Positions 59,414 to 64,000 of a DNA stretch of 64,000 nucleotides are shown piece by piece. The notes under the pieces were generated by a model. It searched no databases, was not told the origin of the DNA, and worked only from the letters and a program-made list of their open reading frames with translations. Position 1 is the stretch's first letter; each line of letters opens with the position of its first letter. Source of the DNA: Phyllosticta citribraziliensis (lineage: Eukaryota); NCBI RefSeq assembly GCF_038025025.1, contig NW_027117345.1, forward strand, positions 1,984,001 to 2,048,000, read 5' to 3'. Position numbers and translations under genes: made by a program.

Positions 59414-60153
59414 TGAGTGGGTTGCTCGAGTCGATAGGCTGCTTACAGTTTTGAAGGCTTGCTGTCAAGTTAGTTGGCTCTGTGCCCGTCTGAACCCTTG
59501 TCTGTTGGCGAGCAGCTTGGTACGGAAAGGATGGATTCAAGTCATACACTATGGACCCTCGGACCCTGCTTTTCCCCTGGGTTGCCGGCGCAAAGTGACG
59601 CTTTATACGCATAAACGGTCCTCGTCCAGCGCGATCAACCATTACTCTCCACATCACCAATTCATTGCCAACTTCTCTATCCGCCCTCTTAACGAAGTCT
59701 CGCAGCGCCACGGTGCCAGTGACCCATCCAAAGATACACTGGCAAACACTCGTCGCTTAACCACGCTCCAGCCTTCCTGGACAATAGAAAGACTTTTTCC
59801 TGTCCCGTTTCTCCCCTGTCATCTTTCGTTTCCTCATCCCATCTTTTCCTGGATCAAGGCTGCCCGCCACGAAAGTCTGGGCGGGTGGATACTCAGGGTC
59901 GGCGGTATTCCAACCGAGAGGGAGGGCGGGCTGCCCTCCCTGGCAGTGAATCACTTTCACCGAAAGTCATATATCTGAGGATGACTGTTGACGAGTAGCA
60001 TTCGTCCTTTTAAAAAGAAGGAGATCGAGGAGCGTTCGACCACCGCCGCAGCAAAGGCGCCAAACAACTTTTCCATGCCATACGTAGCTAATCCCCCATG
60101 CAATTTTCTCCCGTTAGATCAAACCCATCCACCACCGTGTTCACTCACTCCAA

Positions 60154-61861
60154 TCAATCGCGGTGCTTCTTGTAAACAATCACTCGCGTGCCGTCGGTCA
60201 ACTTCTCGTGCACTGGCTCCAGCCTATACTTGCCCAACCACGGCAACAGCTTCCTCCACACAGCCCAATAAACGACGCTCAGCACCAGGATCGAAATACC
60301 GACGATGGGGTAAAGCCAGTACGGCAGACTGGTGTCTCCCTTGCCGCCCGGCGGCCGCAAGAAGGGGGCAATGAGCAAAAAGCACTGCGCCGCCAGGTAG
60401 AAGATGGCGACGGGCCACCACACGCGAAAGGGGCGTGGGGCGTGCGGCTCGCTGTAGCGCAGCCAGAAGAAGCCGATGACGACGAACGTGTTGATGACGC
60501 TGGATGGGTACCCCTCGACGTCGAGGATGAAGTTGTACGCGTCGCCAAAGGGGATGGCCACGATGACGATGAAGCTCGGTATGAAATGGAGGAGCAAGCC
60601 GGAGGACGGCGAGCCAAACGGCCACGAGCTCGCCCAGAAACGGGGAAAGGGGATGACGCCCTCTTTGGCGAGTTCCTGGTTGACTCGAGCTTGCGCAAAT
60701 GTCACCGTCATGACGTTGCCAAGAGCTGAGATTGCGACCAGCACGCTGAGCGCGCGTGCGCCGGCGCTGTTGAAGACTTTGGTCATGAAGTAGCTTGCAA
60801 TCGTGACCCCTGAGTTTTCCAGTTCTTCAATCGTGCCTACACTAAAGTATGCCACGTTTGCGAGCAGGTACAGCACGCCGCAGATACCGAGACCAAGCGG
60901 ACCAGCTATTTTGAGCGTGCGCACTGGATTCTTCACTTCGTTGAGAACGTTGGCTGCATTGCTCCAGCCCGTGTAGCTGTTGAGCACTTTGAAGAGCGCC
61001 GTTGCGTAGAGGTTGCCGCTTGTAGCACTGCCGGCGAAGGAGTTGTGGAAGTTGGCGTATGGGTCCGGGATTTTGGAGCTTGAGCCTCCAAGTACGGCCC
61101 ATCCAGTTACTACGATGAAGCAGAGGGTGAATATCTTGATCAGGCCAATGACGTTCATGCCTTTGACTCCGGTTCCTGGGAAGAAGGTATGGAGGACCGT
61201 TACAAAGGAGATGACGGCAATTGCGATGCCGCGTTTCTCCCATTCAGTGGCGGTGCGTCCTGCTGCGACGATGATATTGGAAGCAAAAACGATGCATCCA
61301 GATGCTGAAAAAGGGTCAGCAGGGGGAGTAAGAAACAATTGGCACAACATACCGGTAAATCCGAGCAGCACAGCTTGAGTTGCAAAGACGGTCGTAGCAA
61401 GAAGTTTTGGGTGTTTGTATGCTGCCTCAAGGTAGGGCTTTTCTCCTCCACTTCGCGGAATCATACAACCAAGCTCCAACCAGATGAAGAGGCCGGCAAA
61501 ACTGAGGAGCAAACCCAGGGTCCATAGCAGTAGTGCAGCGCCGACACTTCCGGTACTTTCGGTAATGGACGAAGGCGTCGAAAAGATGCCAGTGCCTATT
61601 ATTCGACCGATGCTGTGAAATTTGGGTCAGCTCCGCGCATTTCGTCGAAGCATTTGCCAAAACATACATGAGAAAGGTGGTCGAGAACAAACCCAAGTGA
61701 CGACCAAGCCCTCCTGCTGCCGTTTCCGACAGGGCCAACTCTCCGACGGGAGGACTGTGCTCTTCGTTTGGTATGTCAGACGAGTCCTCCGTTGAAGACG
61801 TTTCCGCCGCTGGAGTCGAGCTGGCGAATGGCCGTTTGAAAGTCTGCAAGAGGTTCGCCAT
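60154..61861 (-). CDS. APC/LAT-family amino acid permease (Mup1-like methionine permease)
   Basis: GRHLGLFSTTFL, GRIIGTGIFSTPS, PRSGGEKPYLE, EVKNPVRTL, RPFRVW; two introns at about 61614-61667 and 61304-61352. Confidence 0.9.
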
Positions 61862-63286
61862 TACTGTTTACCGCAAGAGGAAGACAAGCTTGCACGGCAA
61901 ACGGCCTTTATTAGTTTGAGTTTCGGCAGCTGCACCTAGTCAAAAGCTTGATGACCATTAGTCGGGCCAATTACTAGCTGATGGGGTGCGGTGGACCCTT
62001 GAAATGATTTGTGATGCTGGTATCAATGGTCCACGCGGCGCGCAGCGGCTCACGGCAACGCATGCAAGGGAGTGGAAAGGAAATTTCGGTACATGCTCCG
62101 CGTGAGCACGGCTTATCGCCATGTACGTTGGGGATTGCGAATATGTAGTGCAGCAATTCGGTTGCTTTTTGGCATGACGTGCTAGCTGTCGAAGCTTGCG
62201 CATCCATAGTCCTTGCGAGCCTTACCGACTCGTGACTAGCGGACGGCTGCAGCGCTGACTCTGTTGGCCATGTTTGAAACTTTGCATGAGTGGCCGAAAG
62301 TGGCTGATCTTTGAGGGTTGCATCGTCTCTGGGATGAAGAAGCCAGCGCCCGGAGACCGAGGTTGTGAACAAGAAGTGGTGGTTATCGCCGGGCACTGTC
62401 CATGCTGATGCTGATACCCTGACACCCTTGAGCTGTTGTGCCGCACGCCGACAGCACCAACAACGCAATCTCCCTTCTTTTCGGGGGGCCCAAATTCGCT
62501 TGACCTGCTCTTAGTGTTGTGGTCCAGGCTTGGTGAAAAAGTCGCGTCTGACAAGAGGTAGACCGGCGGGTGCTACGCCGCATCCATGTTGCTTGAAACT
62601 TACGCAATCGCTCGACTTAGTACCTCGAACTTTCATTTTTTTGGCCTTCATCTTCTTTCTGTAGTACAGGCTGACTTTCTCGACAGTTGTAGTTTGAGAA
62701 GCGTTTGGTTCCTAAAACGTACGCCGACCGTCGTGCTAGGAAAGACAGACATCAGCAATGACAGCGGTCGGAGAGCAAAAGCAGAAGCAAAAGAGCATTG
62801 CATCGTCACAAAATGAAGATATCGAATACTGCCGCGCGGTGTAACAAGCCAGGACAAGAGCTGCGGCGCACAAGCGTCTTGAAGAGCGCGGGCCTGATCA
62901 GGCGCAGGGGCGAAATCAGGGGTAGGGGAAGGAAATGGAAAAGCAGAAAGCTGATGTCAGGCTGGATCGAGATGTCATTGAAGATCGAGAAGCAGGAGAC
63001 GCAAAAGTTGGAATCGTGTGGCGCCATCAAACGGGTCCAACGTAGGTGAGCGGCGGGATGATGTCACCATGAGTACATGCCAAACTGAGGTGAGAGCAAA
63101 CCAACAACAACCTCTTACATCATTGCGCCTGCCTCCTGCTCACGCGGGGTACAAGAGAGCCGCAATCCTTCTCTGCTACAGCCTCCGTCATTCATCACAC
63201 CAACTCTCTCATCACACGACCTCCAACCAATCCATCTTCTCCAACAACACCAACTCTTTTCCGACCTCCAAAACTCCAACTCCAAC

Positions 63287-63958
63287 ATGTCTGTCACCAG
63301 GGACGAGAACGCAATCAAGGGTGTCTCCAACCAGCCCGGCGAGTTTCACGCGCGCGTCCCTCCTTCGGAACCTCTCGAGACTGGCGGCGTAAGTACCTCT
63401 GCTTCCCCCCTCTCACGCTGACCCCTTATCCCCTCGCCACTTTTGAAAATCAACCAAAGCTTACACCCCACCCAGCACAAGCCCGGTGTCCTAGCTTCAG
63501 AGGCCGACCGCGCACCTGAATTCCACGCAGAAGCATACCCACCGGGCTCGGCACCCACATCGAAGACGCACCAGCCCAACCCTGACCCCACCGACACGGC
63601 AACGGGCCCAGCACATGCCTCCGCCGCCGACACCATCCCCGGATCCACCAGCGCCTCTGTGCACACTGGACTGGGCCACCCCGGCTCAGGCCAGACGAGC
63701 GCTGAACTCCACCACGACGGCCAGGCGCACCGTGACCACCAGCGCGGCGGCCTGGCTGGCCTGGCACAGGGCGGCCTCGTCGGCAACAAGGGAGAGACAG
63801 TGAGCGGGAAGGTCCCCGGCTTCGAGAGCCAGAGAGGATTGGACAAGGAGCTCGGCGACGGAGCTGCGAGCGTAGGAAACAGGGGCAACGTTGGCGGTCC
63901 GGCTGCGGAGGAGAGAATTCCGGTGTCGAGCGAGCAGCTGGCTTCTGAGAGACAGTAG
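63287..63958 (+). CDS. Small hydrophilic Gly-rich fungal protein of unknown function
   Basis: ATG 63287 after a CA-rich leader (MSVTRDENAIKGVSNQPGEFHARVPPSEPLETGG); intron 63389-63475; HKPGVLAS..PEFHAEAYPPGSAP, GSTSASVHTGLGHPGSGQTS. Confidence 0.75.
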
Positions 63959-64000
63959 AACGGATGAGGCTTGAAGGGTAGTGGAAGGGAATGTCAGGAA

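Noticed and set aside
61862..63286. Sulfur-regulator (Cys3/MetR) sites upstream of the Mup1-like permease
   Set aside because: No exact ATGRYRYCAT match found by eye; only partial resemblances.

Overview
Gene-dense, intron-containing genomic DNA of a filamentous ascomycete (GT-AG introns with CTRAY branch points; a Dothideomycete-like origin is inferred, not shown). I support 24 protein-coding genes. Housekeeping: PAN3 (cut by the window start), a UBX protein, ADO1, an Est1/SMG-like protein, ZNF511-like, RWD, RDH54, ATG27, DML1, PRP18, SAP18. Carbohydrate-related: GH1, GH3, CE8 pectin methylesterase, an uncharacterised secreted GH-like protein, PhiA. Other: MFS and LAT transporters, FMO, APP1-like phosphatase, MBOAT, Zn-ADH, an alpha/beta hydrolase, a CCCH/NYN-like protein, an F-box/ankyrin protein and a small hydrophilic protein. 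One tRNA-shaped gene has an aberrant anticodon arm. No transposase, LTR or CRISPR was recognised. The main observation is RDH54 intron 2 (20871-20945), an 87%-identical tandem copy of the next 75 nt of exon in which several differences create the donor and branch point, consistent with recent intron birth by tandem duplication. Other leads are two long self-complementary introns, frequent AAG acceptors, a GC-AG intron, a mitochondrial-type extension on adenosine kinase, and FxDDW repeats in the CCCH protein. Gene models were spliced by eye and are not transcript-verified.
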